Counted from the stretch's first letter, positions 1 to 9,819 are shown. The stretch is 64,000 nucleotides of DNA from Cyanobacteriota bacterium (GCA_046052125.1 JBJOMY010000003.1:32001-96000); one strand, 5' to 3'. A program made the numbers and translations. The notes: generated by a model from the sequence alone, not told the origin.

Positions 1-1695
1 CTCCACGCCGGGGTAGAGGTCGCTGCCGATGAACAGGTGCCTGGCCTCGTCCGCTTCCAGGTAGCAGTGGGCCCGGTCCATGCGGATCGTGGTTTTGCTG
101 CAGTCGTCTTCTCCGCTCATCTGGCCATGGCGGAACTTGCCGTGGTGGATCTCGAGCACACCCGGTTTGGGCTTGCTGAATTCATCCAGCTTGGGCCGAT
201 CGATCAGCCAAACGGCGGAGGCATAACGCTCCAGCTCGGATGTGCCCGCCAGGTGGGAGACATCGGGGCCGGTGGGGTTGCCGTAGGCGCCGCGGTTCAG
301 CTGCGCCACCACAAAAATGTCGAGTTCACAGCGGCCGGCCAGGGCCTTGATCGCCGTTGCCCGGGCCGCCAATTCAGCGGTGGTGTTACTGCCAAAACCT
401 GGCGTGGGACCCATGGCATGGAAGTGATCGAGCACCACCGCCGCCAGCTCGGGATGAGCGCTCTTGCAGTCCTCTACCAAAGCCGCCAGTTCCTCCACCG
501 TGGCAGCGAAGTGCGATTGGTAGAGCACCCGGCCCATCCGCTGGCCGTTGGGGGCAATGCTTTGTTCGAACTGAGCAGAGAGCTGGTTGAGGTGCTCGAA
601 ATCACGGCCCTCAATCACCTCACCGCGGCCCTCCAGTTCATTGGCTGAGTAGCGCGGCGTGAACACCCCGCTGGCACGGCGGCAGTAGTTGGCCAGTAGC
701 CGTGCACCGATGGCGCGGCGGCTGAGCTCACAGGAGAGCACCAGAACAGAAGCGCCGTTGATGGCCAGGCCCATGGCGGCGGCGATGCCCACGGTGGTTT
801 TGCCCACGCCGGACTTGGCAGCCAACACCCAGGTGCTGTCGCCAGTCCCGGGCAGGACGCCGCCACGCATGTCGATATCCAGTGAGGGAATCCCCGTGGA
901 GATCGGCTTGGGGCGTTGCTCTGCCGGGAGGGAAGCCAGCGCCAAACACTCGCGCCTGGCATCGGCCTCGCTGCAGACCTTGAAGCTCTGGCGATAACGC
1001 CCTGCGGTGATCGAGGTGGCGTCATTGAGCAGCTGACGGCAGCTCTCCAGTTCGCCATCGATGCCGCAGTCGATCTGCTCACGCGCCAGGAGCTTGCGCA
1101 GCCCTGGATAGAACAGAGCTCTGGCCTTGGCGCTCTGGAACAGCCGGCAGGCGATTTTGAAGTCGAGCTCGGGATGGATCAGTCCGTCATCACCCCAGGC
1201 GATCACCTCCGAGAGGGATTCCTCCATCTGCAGGAGAGAGCCGCGAAAACGGCCTTCCAGGGCCCGTTGCCGCACGTCTTCTCGGATGGCGTTGGCGTTC
1301 AGCACATCAATGTCACGCCGGCCGCGGAACAGCTCGTCGATCTCCAACGCGAGGGCCCGCAGCCCCGGCTGGGTCCAGATGGAGCCGGGCACCACCTCGT
1401 CAAAGCGCAGGCCAATGGCGCGGCGGAACAGGCCCCAGCGTTCGCGCTGGTCGTCGGTTCCAACCAACACCGCTGCAAGCAGATTCTTTTCGTGCTCTGC
1501 CAGCGAGTGATCCGCAGGCACCTCTGGGACCTCGGCCGCCATCAGGCCAGCGGCGGTCTCAATGAAAACCCCCTGAACGATCATCCGTTGGATCAGCGCA
1601 GGATCGAAGCCACCGGGGATGGTGCTGGTTTGCTCCGCCTGCTTGGGCTCGGTGTCAGCGACGCCGGCAGTGGGTTGGGTAATGGAGTCAGTCAT
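1..1695 (-). CDS. dnaB: DnaB-like replicative helicase (runs off left edge)
   Basis: Manual translation from ATG 1695: ISTGIPSLDIDMRGG, Walker A AAKSGVGKTT, VLSCEL, VVLDHFH, VVAQLNR. Absent from the ORF track because it is truncated. Confidence 0.85.
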   Translation of the reverse strand, partial: MTDSITQPTAGVADTEPKQAEQTSTIPGGFDPALIQRMIVQGVFIETAAGLMAAEVPEVPADHSLAEHEKNLLAAVLVGTDDQRERWGLFRRAIGLRFDEVVPGSIWTQPGLRALALEIDELFRGRRDIDVLNANAIREDVRQRALEGRFRGSLLQMEESLSEVIAWGDDGLIHPELDFKIACRLFQSAKARALFYPGLRKLLAREQIDCGIDGELESCRQLLNDATSITAGRYRQSFKVCSEADARRECLALASLPAEQRPKPISTGIPSLDIDMRGGVLPGTGDSTWVLAAKSGVGKTTVGIAAAMGLAINGASVLVLSCELSRRAIGARLLANYCRRASGVFTPRYSANELEGRGEVIEGRDFEHLNQLSAQFEQSIAPNGQRMGRVLYQSHFAATVEELAALVEDCKSAHPELAAVVLDHFHAMGPTPGFGSNTTAELAARATAIKALAGRCELDIFVVAQLNRGAYGNPTGPDVSHLAGTSELERYASAVWLIDRPKLDEFSKPKPGVLEIHHGKFRHGQMSGEDDCSKTTIRMDRAHCYLEADEARHLFIGSDLYPGVE

Positions 1696-1769
1696 GGCCT
1701 GCTTTGGGAAGAACAGGGCTGGTGGGGTTGCTGTTGCGGGGGGCCGTGCCCCTGTGGCTCTCGGGCCGA

Positions 1770-2825
1770 TCAGTGCTGTCTGGGGGGCTGGCTGAATTGC
1801 TCGGCGGCGGCGCCGGGTCTGCCTTCTCCCTGGGCCTCGAGCAGCTCTGCCAACCGCTGCTTCTCGCAGCGATCGAGCTTGGCGGCCTCGATCCCCCGGC
1901 CATGCCAGTGATCGCGGTTCCAAAAGAGCAGCCGGTTGGCTTTGTTCAGATCGCTCTCCTGCGTGCCCGGTGCAACCCCTTGGCCCACTCCTGGAGTGTT
2001 CCCACCGATGCCGCCGTTGAGCCGCCCGCTGTAAGCACCCCAGGCAAAAACGTGCCAGTGCTCCACGCCCCGGCCCTCTGAGCCGCGATCGACCTTGAGC
2101 AACACACCGGCGCAGTGAGCACCGCTCCGCCCTTGTGGGTACTCGCTGCGCCAGAACTCGGGCATTCCCCGTAGCGCCCGGATCAACACGGCCTCGAATG
2201 CCTCTGTGCCACCGGCGTGGCGGATCGCCTGGCGCAGGCGGCTGCCCAACACCGTGCCCGTGGGTGTGTACGTCGGCCAGGTCTGCGGTTTGTGCTGGTT
2301 GTAGATGGCGGCGAACTGAGCAATCAGCGGGTTCACCGCAGGGCTGCGCTCGGGTGCTGTTGAGGGTTCCGATGGCGCCTTAGTGATCACTCGGGGCTGA
2401 ACAACGGCGCTGACTCGCTCCTCGCGGGCGCTTGGAATCGCAACGGCTGACTGCAGTGGCGGCAGAGGCGCCTGCGGTTCGCAGTCCTGCTCATCGGGCT
2501 CGGCGGCATCGCCCTCCGTAGGCCCAGAAGCCAGCGTCACCGTGGTGCCGTTGGCATCACTGCGGAAGCGCAGCCAACCGAGAGCCTGCAGGTCATCGAG
2601 ATCCGCTTTCAGCAACCGCGGTTGCACAAACCAGGCGGCTCCCAGATCTCTGAGAGTCACGCGTACATCTCGGCTCCCGCGGCTGCGCCATTGCAGGTAG
2701 CCGTAGAGCTGAGCCACCCGCAACACCCGTCCGGGTCGCAACGATCCCTGCCGCTCATCGCTGAGTGTTTGCAGGGCTCGATGGGTCTGGCGGATGGCCT
2801 CGTTACGGATGCAGAAGAACTGCAC
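1770..2825 (-). CDS. putative replication initiator (N-terminal wHTH-like domain)
   Basis: 351 aa; wHTH-like VTLRDLGAAW..LKADLDDLQALGWLRF, P/A/E linker, helical C-terminus; directly upstream of dnaB and next to an iteron array. Confidence 0.5.
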   Translation of the reverse strand: MQFFCIRNEAIRQTHRALQTLSDERQGSLRPGRVLRVAQLYGYLQWRSRGSRDVRVTLRDLGAAWFVQPRLLKADLDDLQALGWLRFRSDANGTTVTLASGPTEGDAAEPDEQDCEPQAPLPPLQSAVAIPSAREERVSAVVQPRVITKAPSEPSTAPERSPAVNPLIAQFAAIYNQHKPQTWPTYTPTGTVLGSRLRQAIRHAGGTEAFEAVLIRALRGMPEFWRSEYPQGRSGAHCAGVLLKVDRGSEGRGVEHWHVFAWGAYSGRLNGGIGGNTPGVGQGVAPGTQESDLNKANRLLFWNRDHWHGRGIEAAKLDRCEKQRLAELLEAQGEGRPGAAAEQFSQPPRQH

Positions 2826-3037
2826 GGTGTGATCAGGAGGACCAGCTCCTGACGAGCTGCGGGAGGCTACTGACCGTGCTCTTGTTGTCCGGAGAAAGCA
2901 GCCCTGCAGGCCACGGCGCTGCTATCTCGCCAGGGGCTTCTGATCTGCCTGATTTTTTCCCAAAAGGCCGGCTGTTGGTTTGCGTCTTGGTCTTTGGTTT
3001 TGGATTGATTCTCTAAAACCTTTGAGAGATATAGATG

Positions 3038-3170
3038 TGCTGCACGGGGTGCATCACCACTGAGGCACCGGGTGCAGCAGTCACTGATGCACGGGATGCA
3101 GCACTCGCTCGCAGGCATCAGGCAAGAGACCGATGCATGGGGTGCTGCAGCTGATGCTCCCCGTGCATCA
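3038..3170. repeat. five 19-bp palindromic iteron-like repeats (TGMTGCA-N5-TGCAKCA), putative origin
   Basis: Copies start at 3038, 3061, 3085, 3131 and 3152 (last inverted); AT-rich tract at ~2990-3035. Confidence 0.7.
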
Positions 3171-3211
3171 CAGGCCACCGCCATAACCCAGTTCGATCCG
3201 GCGGCGCAACC

Positions 3212-4186
3212 GTGGAAACCCGGGGAATGCTCGCGGCAGTTGCGCCCTTCCCCATGCCCCCTCGTCATGCCCCTGTGGCAAGCAGCGTTCGCTCTTGGCT
3301 AAACACCTCCTCTGCTCATCGCCCCTTGTGCGAGCGCACGGTGATGGAGCTCTCCCGCCGCATTCAGCGCTGGCAAACGCATCCGGATGGCCCGGCCCAT
3401 GCCCCCAAGCCGGTGCGCCGCAGTGCCCTGCGGGCGCGTGAACAGCTGGTGCGCCACAACCTCGGCCTGGTGGCTCACACCTGGAATCGCCATCGCTGCA
3501 GCCTCCCTGCCCACGACGACACCACTGCCGATGCCCTGCAGGAAGGAGCACTAAATCTGATGCGCGCCGCTGAGAAGTTTGATGCCAGCAAGGGCTATTG
3601 CTTCTCCACCTACGCCGTCTTTTGGGTGCGGCGGGGCTTTGCGGAATTCGAGCAACGCTTTAAGCGGCCGATTCGCTTCCCGGCCGAGAAAGCGGCGGTG
3701 GTGCTCAAGGCACTGCGCCTCAGCCAGGAGTATCTAGCCAACACAGGGTCCGAGCCTGATCTGGAGTGGCTGGCAGCGCAGCTGACGTTCAGGCGCAAAC
3801 CACTCAGCCCCGAGAAGTTGGCTGAGTTCATCCGTCAGTGGGAGGCCACCCGTACCGGTTCTCTGGAGGCCGCAGACGATGACACAGAAGAGCGCGCACG
3901 CTCATCACGCCTGGATCAGGCCTCATTGCGCCAGGCCATCGAGCAACAACAGACAGACACGCCCGATCCACAACACTCCGCCCTGCCGCAGTTGATGGAC
4001 TGCCTGGAGGAGCGTGAATACCGCCTGATTCGCAATCGCTACCTACGCCGCCCGCCTCTGAGCCCTTCTCAGCTCAGGCGGTCCATGGGTGGCATGGAAC
4101 CGGAGCAACTCAAGCAGCTGGAAGTACAGGCCCTCGAGAAGATGCGCCAGGCCGCCGATCAGCTCGGCGACGAGTTCGCAGCCTGA
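3212..4186 (+). CDS. sigma-70 family sigma factor, group 1/2-like
   Basis: AREQLVRHNLGLV, DALQEGALNLMRAAEKFDASKGYCFSTYAVFWVRRG (region 2), region 4-like C-terminus; true start may be ATG 3254. Confidence 0.85.
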   Translation: METRGMLAAVAPFPMPPRHAPVASSVRSWLNTSSAHRPLCERTVMELSRRIQRWQTHPDGPAHAPKPVRRSALRAREQLVRHNLGLVAHTWNRHRCSLPAHDDTTADALQEGALNLMRAAEKFDASKGYCFSTYAVFWVRRGFAEFEQRFKRPIRFPAEKAAVVLKALRLSQEYLANTGSEPDLEWLAAQLTFRRKPLSPEKLAEFIRQWEATRTGSLEAADDDTEERARSSRLDQASLRQAIEQQQTDTPDPQHSALPQLMDCLEEREYRLIRNRYLRRPPLSPSQLRRSMGGMEPEQLKQLEVQALEKMRQAADQLGDEFAA

Positions 4187-4246
4187 ATCATCCCCAGCGC
4201 TCTAACCCCAACACAACGCCCAGGGGCAACTCACCTCTGGGCATTT

Positions 4247-5089
4247 GTGCTGCTGTGGTGCAACTCGTCTGCGCGTTGCTACAGCGAGGAAGCGCCGATT
4301 CGCGGCATGACACCCAACGAGATCCGCACCACGCTGCTCAGCCAGAAGCAGCGGGTTGCAGAAGCCGCCCAGGGCTGGACGGTGGTGAGCTGTAGCCCCG
4401 ACAACGAACTCACCGCCATGGCGGCATTGCTGGTGCCCAACTGCAGCCTGGCCTGTGGATCCATTGCTGAACTGCTCGCGGAATTACCCCTGGAGCTGGA
4501 GCAGCTCCTAGTGATCTGCGACGACGCGCTCCCTGATGGCGGCGTGGTGGAGCTGATGCGCCAGCTACGAGAAGCCCGGTCTCAAGCAACCTGTCGCTTT
4601 CTGGTGTATCTCCCCAAAAGCACGGCCCAGCCAAGGCTCGAGCAACTCCTGGCCCATGGAGCCGATGCCCTCTGTTGCCGCAGCAGCGGGGGCAGTGGCG
4701 CTGTGCTCAGCGCCTTAGTGCAAGCCCTCAATGGCATGCAGAGCGTGGATGGAGCCTTCCGGCAACGCCTGAAACGATCACGCCGCTGCACGGAACAGCC
4801 AGCGCTCAGCTCTAAGGAACTGGAGCTCATTCACCTACTGGCAAGGGGGCACAACGGCCCCCAGATCGCTGCCCTGCGGCGCAAGCGCTGCGACAGTATC
4901 CGCCATCAGCTCAGCGTGATCTACCGGAAGACTGGTGTGAAGGGACAACGCGGACTGATTGCCTGGGCCCTCGCCCATGGTGTGATCAGGCCGCTGGATC
5001 TTGAGCCATCAGCTCCTGGACAGGAGCTAGGCGAACAGACCTGCGTGGCAGGTGGCAGCAAGCACCGGAGCCAGCCAACACATCACTGA
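4247..5089 (+). CDS. LuxR/NarL-family regulator (receiver-like domain + HTH)
   Basis: ICDDALPDGG receiver-like motif; LSSKELELIHLLARGHNGPQIA..SIRHQLSVIYRKTGV LuxR HTH; likely start ATG 4307. Confidence 0.75.
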   Translation: MLLWCNSSARCYSEEAPIRGMTPNEIRTTLLSQKQRVAEAAQGWTVVSCSPDNELTAMAALLVPNCSLACGSIAELLAELPLELEQLLVICDDALPDGGVVELMRQLREARSQATCRFLVYLPKSTAQPRLEQLLAHGADALCCRSSGGSGAVLSALVQALNGMQSVDGAFRQRLKRSRRCTEQPALSSKELELIHLLARGHNGPQIAALRRKRCDSIRHQLSVIYRKTGVKGQRGLIAWALAHGVIRPLDLEPSAPGQELGEQTCVAGGSKHRSQPTHH

Positions 5090-5441
5090 GCCGTTCGGCG
5101 CCCAAGAGTGCATCGAGCTCAATGATCTGCACCGCCTCGCGCTGCCTTGGCAGCCAACCGGCGAGCAGGCGCCGATCACCCAGGGGCAGTGGCTGGGGGA
5201 GCTCAAGCCGTTGGCCGAGGAACGGCAACCAGAGCTCGATGCCATCGCTCTCGCGCCAGGGCTCAAAGCTGGCCACCTCCACCAGCTGCTTGAGCGTGGT
5301 TTCGCCGTAGCTGAGGGAGGTGAGATACATCACGTCCTTGAGTTGCTCGGCCTCAAGGGGAAGCGGCATCCAGAAGCCGCGATCGGCGGCGTTCTCGATC
5401 GCATCGCGGTGGTGGTGGGTGAGCAGAACCTTGGTGGTCAT
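4986..5441 (-). CDS. hypothetical protein
   Basis: ATG start, protein-like composition; 3' end overlaps the LuxR gene tail. Confidence 0.55.
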   Translation of the reverse strand: MTTKVLLTHHHRDAIENAADRGFWMPLPLEAEQLKDVMYLTSLSYGETTLKQLVEVASFEPWRESDGIELWLPFLGQRLELPQPLPLGDRRLLAGWLPRQREAVQIIELDALLGAERLSDVLAGSGACCHLPRRSVRLAPVQELMAQDPAA

Positions 5442-5494
5442 GGCGGTCAGGAATCACTGCACCGGTTCTGGCTTTGAGGGGCCCAGCTCCACCG

Positions 5495-5553
5495 CCCACA
5501 GCTGTGGGCTCACTTACCCCACAGGTGTGGGATTGGAAGGCCACAGGTGTGGG
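5495..5553. repeat. three 14-bp palindromes CCCACAG(C/G)TGTGGG (parS- or operator-like)
   Basis: Copies at 5495, 5518 and 5540; 22-23 bp period; intergenic. Confidence 0.65.
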
Positions 5554-5925
5554 ATGAGCGTTGGCATGCAGATGGCGACGTCCTGTCGCGATGAGGGTTT
5601 TCACGGATCCGTCTGTGGCTGAGGAGTGCCATTCCCTCAGGCTTTCTTCCAGCGCCCCGCCACCCAACGCAGCCCCAATCCCACCGCAAAGGGGGCTCTG
5701 CCCCCCTCGGAACCCTATGGGGAGTTGCCTGAGATTCATGCCTGATGTTGTTCGCGCTGGAGCCATCGGCGCTCTGATGGCGGTGGTGGTGCAGGCGTGT
5801 CAGCCGACACCGCTCGGTGCGATGGTGCGCGGGGCGTTTGTGGTGCCGGCCTATGCCACCAGATCGGCTGGAGTCACTGGGATTCAGAGCAACGCCGGTA
5901 GCCTCCCGCACCTGCAAAATCCTGC

Positions 5926-6366
5926 ATGCCAAAACGCTGCCTGCGCCGCCCGATGACCAGCGCTCAGCGGGCGTTTGCCTGCGAGCACCTGGGCCTGGCG
6001 CATCAACAGGCACACCGCTTTGCCCGCCGTTGGTCGATGGCGGTTGATGACCTGATCGGCCCTGCTTACGAGGGCCTGTGCAAAGGAGCGATTGGCTTTG
6101 ATCCAACGCTGGGTCATCGCCCGTCCAGCTACCTCGTCCCGAAGGTGAAGGGCGAATTGCTGCACCACCTGCGCGATACGGGCTTCTCGCTGCGCATCAG
6201 CCACCGGCTGCGAGAGCTGTGGATCAAAGCCCGCAGATTGGTGGCTCAAGGTCTCAGTGATCAACAGATCGCAGCGGCGTTGGACGTACCGCTGGAGCGC
6301 TGGCTGGATTGTCGCCGCGCCTGCGGACAACGGCCGCTGCCATTGCACGAAGTCGAGCGCGATTGA
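5926..6366 (+). CDS. truncated SigF/SigB-like sigma factor (sigma2+sigma3, no sigma4)
   Basis: EHLGLA..DDLIGPAYEGLCKGAIGFDPTLG..YLVPKVKGELLHHLRD; ends after the QIAAALDVP helix. Confidence 0.75.
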   Translation: MPKRCLRRPMTSAQRAFACEHLGLAHQQAHRFARRWSMAVDDLIGPAYEGLCKGAIGFDPTLGHRPSSYLVPKVKGELLHHLRDTGFSLRISHRLRELWIKARRLVAQGLSDQQIAAALDVPLERWLDCRRACGQRPLPLHEVERD

Positions 6367-6467
6367 GCGCAGACGTTGTTGTCAATGTCGGAACCCTTAG
6401 GGGTCCATTCGATCACCGCCCAGTTTTCACAGGCACCGCCAGTAGCCTCCCGCACCTGCACTGTTTT

Positions 6468-7640
6468 ATGGGTTCAGCCAAACACCGCCAACAACCAGCC
6501 CGTCATCTCCCAGGCCGGGGTCCAACACCGGCCAGCACCAATGATCAAGACCGCGAACTCCTGCAGTTCAACGTGCGTCTGGCCAAGGCCCGCCAGGCCC
6601 AGGCCGACACCAACCGGATCGAACGCAAGGCCTTCCGCGAGCACGCCCGCGTGGAGAACGCCGTTGCCGCATACACCCGTGAGCTGTGCGCTCTGCTTGA
6701 TGAGCATGGGTTCACCAAGAACATCAAGCTCGCCCCCATCCCGGAGGGTGGCGATTCGGTGTTGATCGTGCAGCTCAGTGATCTGCACTTCAACGAGCGC
6801 GTTGAACTCCCTTCCAACCGGTACAACTTCACCGTCGCCGCGCAACGGTTGCGCAAGCTCGCCCAGCGAGTGAAGCAACTGGGCGCAAGCTATGGCGCCC
6901 GCAAGGTGGTGGTGGCCTGTCTGGGGGATTTCCTCAACAGCGATCGCCGCCTCGATGAGCTGCTCAGCAACAGCACCAACCGCTCCCGCGCCACGCTCTT
7001 GGCGGTGGACATCCTGCGGGCCTTTCTGCTCGATCTACGTGAACAGTTCCAGGTCGAGGTGTACGGCATCACGGGCAATGAAAGCCGCGTGAACAAAGAG
7101 CTCGGCTGGAGTGATGAGCTGGCCACCGACAGCTACGACCTGATGATCTACGAGATCCTCAAGCGCGGCTTTGCCGGCACAGGTGGCATCGCCTTTTGCG
7201 GCTTCCGGGCCAATGAGCTGTTGTTTGAGGTGATGGGCCGAACGTTCCTGTGCCTGCACGGCCACCAGATCGGAGCGAACGTGCAGAAGTCCGTGCAGGA
7301 AATCGCCGGAAAGTACGCCGCCCAAGGCATCACGGTGGACTACACGCTGTTCGGCCACCTGCACGCCAGCGCCATCGGCGACTACCACGCCCGCAATGCC
7401 TCGCTGGTGGGCAGCAACGCGTACTCCGAGGCGGGACTGAACTTCTGCAGCAAGGCGGCCCAGAACGTTCACATCGTGACCGGTGCGAAAGGCACGGGCG
7501 CCATTGATGGCGTGAAGGTCGACCTGCAGGACGTCACTGGCATTGAGTCCTATCCCTTTGCCGCCGAATGGGAGGCCTATTGCCCCAAGAGCGAACGCAA
7601 ACTCCACACCCCTTCTGTCGTTTATCAGGTTGTCGTCTGA
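6468..7640 (+). CDS. calcineurin-like metallophosphoesterase with N-terminal coiled coil
   Basis: SDLH, LGDFLN, GNE, LHGH and FGHLH motifs. Confidence 0.8.
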   Translation: MGSAKHRQQPARHLPGRGPTPASTNDQDRELLQFNVRLAKARQAQADTNRIERKAFREHARVENAVAAYTRELCALLDEHGFTKNIKLAPIPEGGDSVLIVQLSDLHFNERVELPSNRYNFTVAAQRLRKLAQRVKQLGASYGARKVVVACLGDFLNSDRRLDELLSNSTNRSRATLLAVDILRAFLLDLREQFQVEVYGITGNESRVNKELGWSDELATDSYDLMIYEILKRGFAGTGGIAFCGFRANELLFEVMGRTFLCLHGHQIGANVQKSVQEIAGKYAAQGITVDYTLFGHLHASAIGDYHARNASLVGSNAYSEAGLNFCSKAAQNVHIVTGAKGTGAIDGVKVDLQDVTGIESYPFAAEWEAYCPKSERKLHTPSVVYQVVV

Positions 7641-8005
7641 TGTGCACCTCCACTTCCAGCTGCAGTGTCAATCAAGCCGCTGAGCTCCAAAGCGCCCTGC
7701 TCCAGGCGATCACAGGCCTCACCCAACTGGTGAGCCAACTTTCAAGCCAGTTCCCCATCAGCCAAACCGCCATTCCGGCAGCAGAGCCCTGGATGGAGGA
7801 GCAGGGCGCCGCTGGAGCGAAAACCCATTCACCGCGCTGCGTGCCCAACCTCAGCCCCCTCTGGGATGAGCTTTCAGTCGTGGAGCTCCGCTCCCTTCTA
7901 CGGAGCTACCCGATCGATCGCACCTCCCTGCCCGCTGCCATCGAACGTCTGCGCCGCTCCGAACTCATCGAAGCCCTCAACCAGATCCAGGCAATGACCC
8001 TCTGA
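7640..8005 (+). CDS. hypothetical protein
   Basis: TGATG overlap with the upstream gene; helical C-terminus. Confidence 0.55.
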   Translation: MCTSTSSCSVNQAAELQSALLQAITGLTQLVSQLSSQFPISQTAIPAAEPWMEEQGAAGAKTHSPRCVPNLSPLWDELSVVELRSLLRSYPIDRTSLPAAIERLRRSELIEALNQIQAMTL

Positions 8006-8049
8006 GGCGCCTGGCGCCCTCGTCACTCCATACCCAGTCATTCACGCCT

Positions 8050-8529
8050 ATGACCGCAACCCTCGCCACCACCACCAATCCCGCCGCCCTTGGCGAACCC
8101 ACCCCCGGATCCCCGGAAGCTCTTTTGCTCCTGGCCAACGCTGGAGTGCTCCCCGCCAGTGCCGGCACAGAAGACCCACGCTTTTCCGCTGACGCCATCA
8201 CCAGCTGCGTCTCCCGCCTGCTCGAGGTGAAGCAACAACAGGAGCTCCTCGCCAATGAGCAGAAAGAACTGAACGAACAGCTGCGCCTGGCTCATCTGCG
8301 CGGTGATCTACTCACCCTCCTGCCCGCCGGTAAAGACGGCAACGGTTACCAGATCACCCCAGATCTCGTGCTCAACCGCCGCCCTGGCCGCAAGCAGTGG
8401 AGCTACTCGATTGATTGCAAAGCGATCGAATGCCAGCTGAAGGCGCGGCAGAGCTACGAACAGCAGAGCGGCCTGGCCAGCTACAGCGTGGGGGCGGCGT
8501 TCTGGGAGGTGCGGGCTGGGAAGGGCTGA
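8050..8529 (+). CDS. hypothetical protein, paralog of 28896-29270
   Basis: Coiled coil, then PGR..IE.QLKA..QQ..G..FW..R pattern shared with 28896-29270. Confidence 0.7.
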   Translation: MTATLATTTNPAALGEPTPGSPEALLLLANAGVLPASAGTEDPRFSADAITSCVSRLLEVKQQQELLANEQKELNEQLRLAHLRGDLLTLLPAGKDGNGYQITPDLVLNRRPGRKQWSYSIDCKAIECQLKARQSYEQQSGLASYSVGAAFWEVRAGKG

Positions 8530-8555
8530 GAGGCGCTCAGCCATCCCGACACCAC

Positions 8556-8587
8556 AAGAGCCCTGGGTCACGGCCCGGGGCTTTTTG
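8556..8587 (+). terminator. intrinsic terminator
   Basis: AAGAGCCCTGGGT-CACG-GCCCGGGGCTTTTT hairpin plus T run. Confidence 0.7.
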
Positions 8588-8658
8588 CTGCAACCCAACA
8601 GCGCCGGGACAGAGGTCAACTTGCCTATGGCTAGGACACAGGCAAGTACTCCAAAGCC

Positions 8659-8820
8659 ATGGGCCTGCTCTACGAACTCATCGTCGACACCGAGGACGGC
8701 ACCACCACCGTTCAAGTGGAAGCCAACAGCAAGGAAGAAGCTCTCGAGAGTGCTCAGGAGCTTTACCCCGGTTGCCGACTGGCGCTTGTGAAGCCTGCAG
8801 CAGGGGAGCAAAAGGTCTGA
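8659..8820 (+). CDS. small hypothetical protein (53 aa, below ORF-track cutoff)
   Basis: MGLLYELIVDTEDGTTTVQVEANSKEEALESAQELYPGCRLALVKP; beta-beta-alpha-beta pattern. Confidence 0.55.
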   Translation: MGLLYELIVDTEDGTTTVQVEANSKEEALESAQELYPGCRLALVKPAAGEQKV

Positions 8821-9004
8821 GTCATGAAGGCCCGATCAATCACCGCAAAGCAGTACCCGAGGGTCATTGGTGAATCCGGTTGGAATCGAACTGGCGTGAC
8901 AGTGGTCGATTTCAAGGATGGGAGCTGTCAGCAGTTCTCCGCACTTCAAACGAAAAACAGCCACGCCATGATCAGCAGTAAGAGCAAACCCTGCTGTTGT
9001 GTTG

Positions 9005-9793
9005 ATGAGCCCCAACCCACCTGTGCTGTTTGTGGGACATGGTTCACCGATGTTTGCCCTCGAACCTGGTGCAGCTGGTGAAGCCCTCGTCGCGCTTGGC
9101 AAGGAACTGCCTATTCAACGGGCGGTGCTTGTGATCAGCCCGCACTGGGAGACGAGCATTCCCACCGTCAGCACAGCTTCGCGGCTGGAGACGATTCACG
9201 ATTTCGGCGGATTTGATTCCCGTCTGTACGAGATGAACTACGCCGCGAGCGGAAGCCCTCACGCGGCGCAGGAGGTGATCACAGCACTGCAGGCCGCTGG
9301 TTTGTCGGCTCTCGCTGATGACAGCAGGGGCTTAGATCACGGGGCATGGGTGCCTTTGCGCTACCTCTTCCCCACCCCCGAGGTGCCGATCGTGCCGTTA
9401 TCGATCCAACATCAGGCCGGCGCCCTGCATGCCTATCGGGTTGGGCAAGCACTGGCGTCCTTGAGGGACCAGGGTTGGTTGATCGTGGCCTCAGGAAACA
9501 TCACCCACAACCTCAGTGACTGGCGAGAGGCCTATCGGGGTGCAGCCCTGAACACCGACTACGCGCAGCGCTTTTCCGATTGGGTCCACCAGCAACTAAT
9601 CAACAAGCAGGTGGATGCTTTGCTCGCGTATCGCGAGAACCAGCCCGATGGCGAGCGTGCCCATCCCCGCGACGAACATCTGCTGCCCTTCTTCACAGCT
9701 CTGGGAGCTGCAGATTCTGACAGCCAAGTCACAGTGGTTCACCGCGGGATCAGAGACCACGTGATTGCAATGGACAGCTATATGTTTCATTGA
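9005..9793 (+). CDS. DODA/LigB-type extradiol dioxygenase (YgiD-like)
   Basis: LFVGHGSPM, ISPHWET, TIHDFGGF, RGLDHGAWVPL, SGNITHNL, AHPRDEHLLP. Confidence 0.9.
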   Translation: MSPNPPVLFVGHGSPMFALEPGAAGEALVALGKELPIQRAVLVISPHWETSIPTVSTASRLETIHDFGGFDSRLYEMNYAASGSPHAAQEVITALQAAGLSALADDSRGLDHGAWVPLRYLFPTPEVPIVPLSIQHQAGALHAYRVGQALASLRDQGWLIVASGNITHNLSDWREAYRGAALNTDYAQRFSDWVHQQLINKQVDALLAYRENQPDGERAHPRDEHLLPFFTALGAADSDSQVTVVHRGIRDHVIAMDSYMFH

Positions 9794-9819
9794 CTTCTTG
9801 CAGCCAACCTTGATGGCGA

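Noticed and set aside
3038..3170. CRISPR array
   Set aside because: Gaps between repeats are mostly 2-5 bp, repeats are degenerate, and no cas genes are in the window
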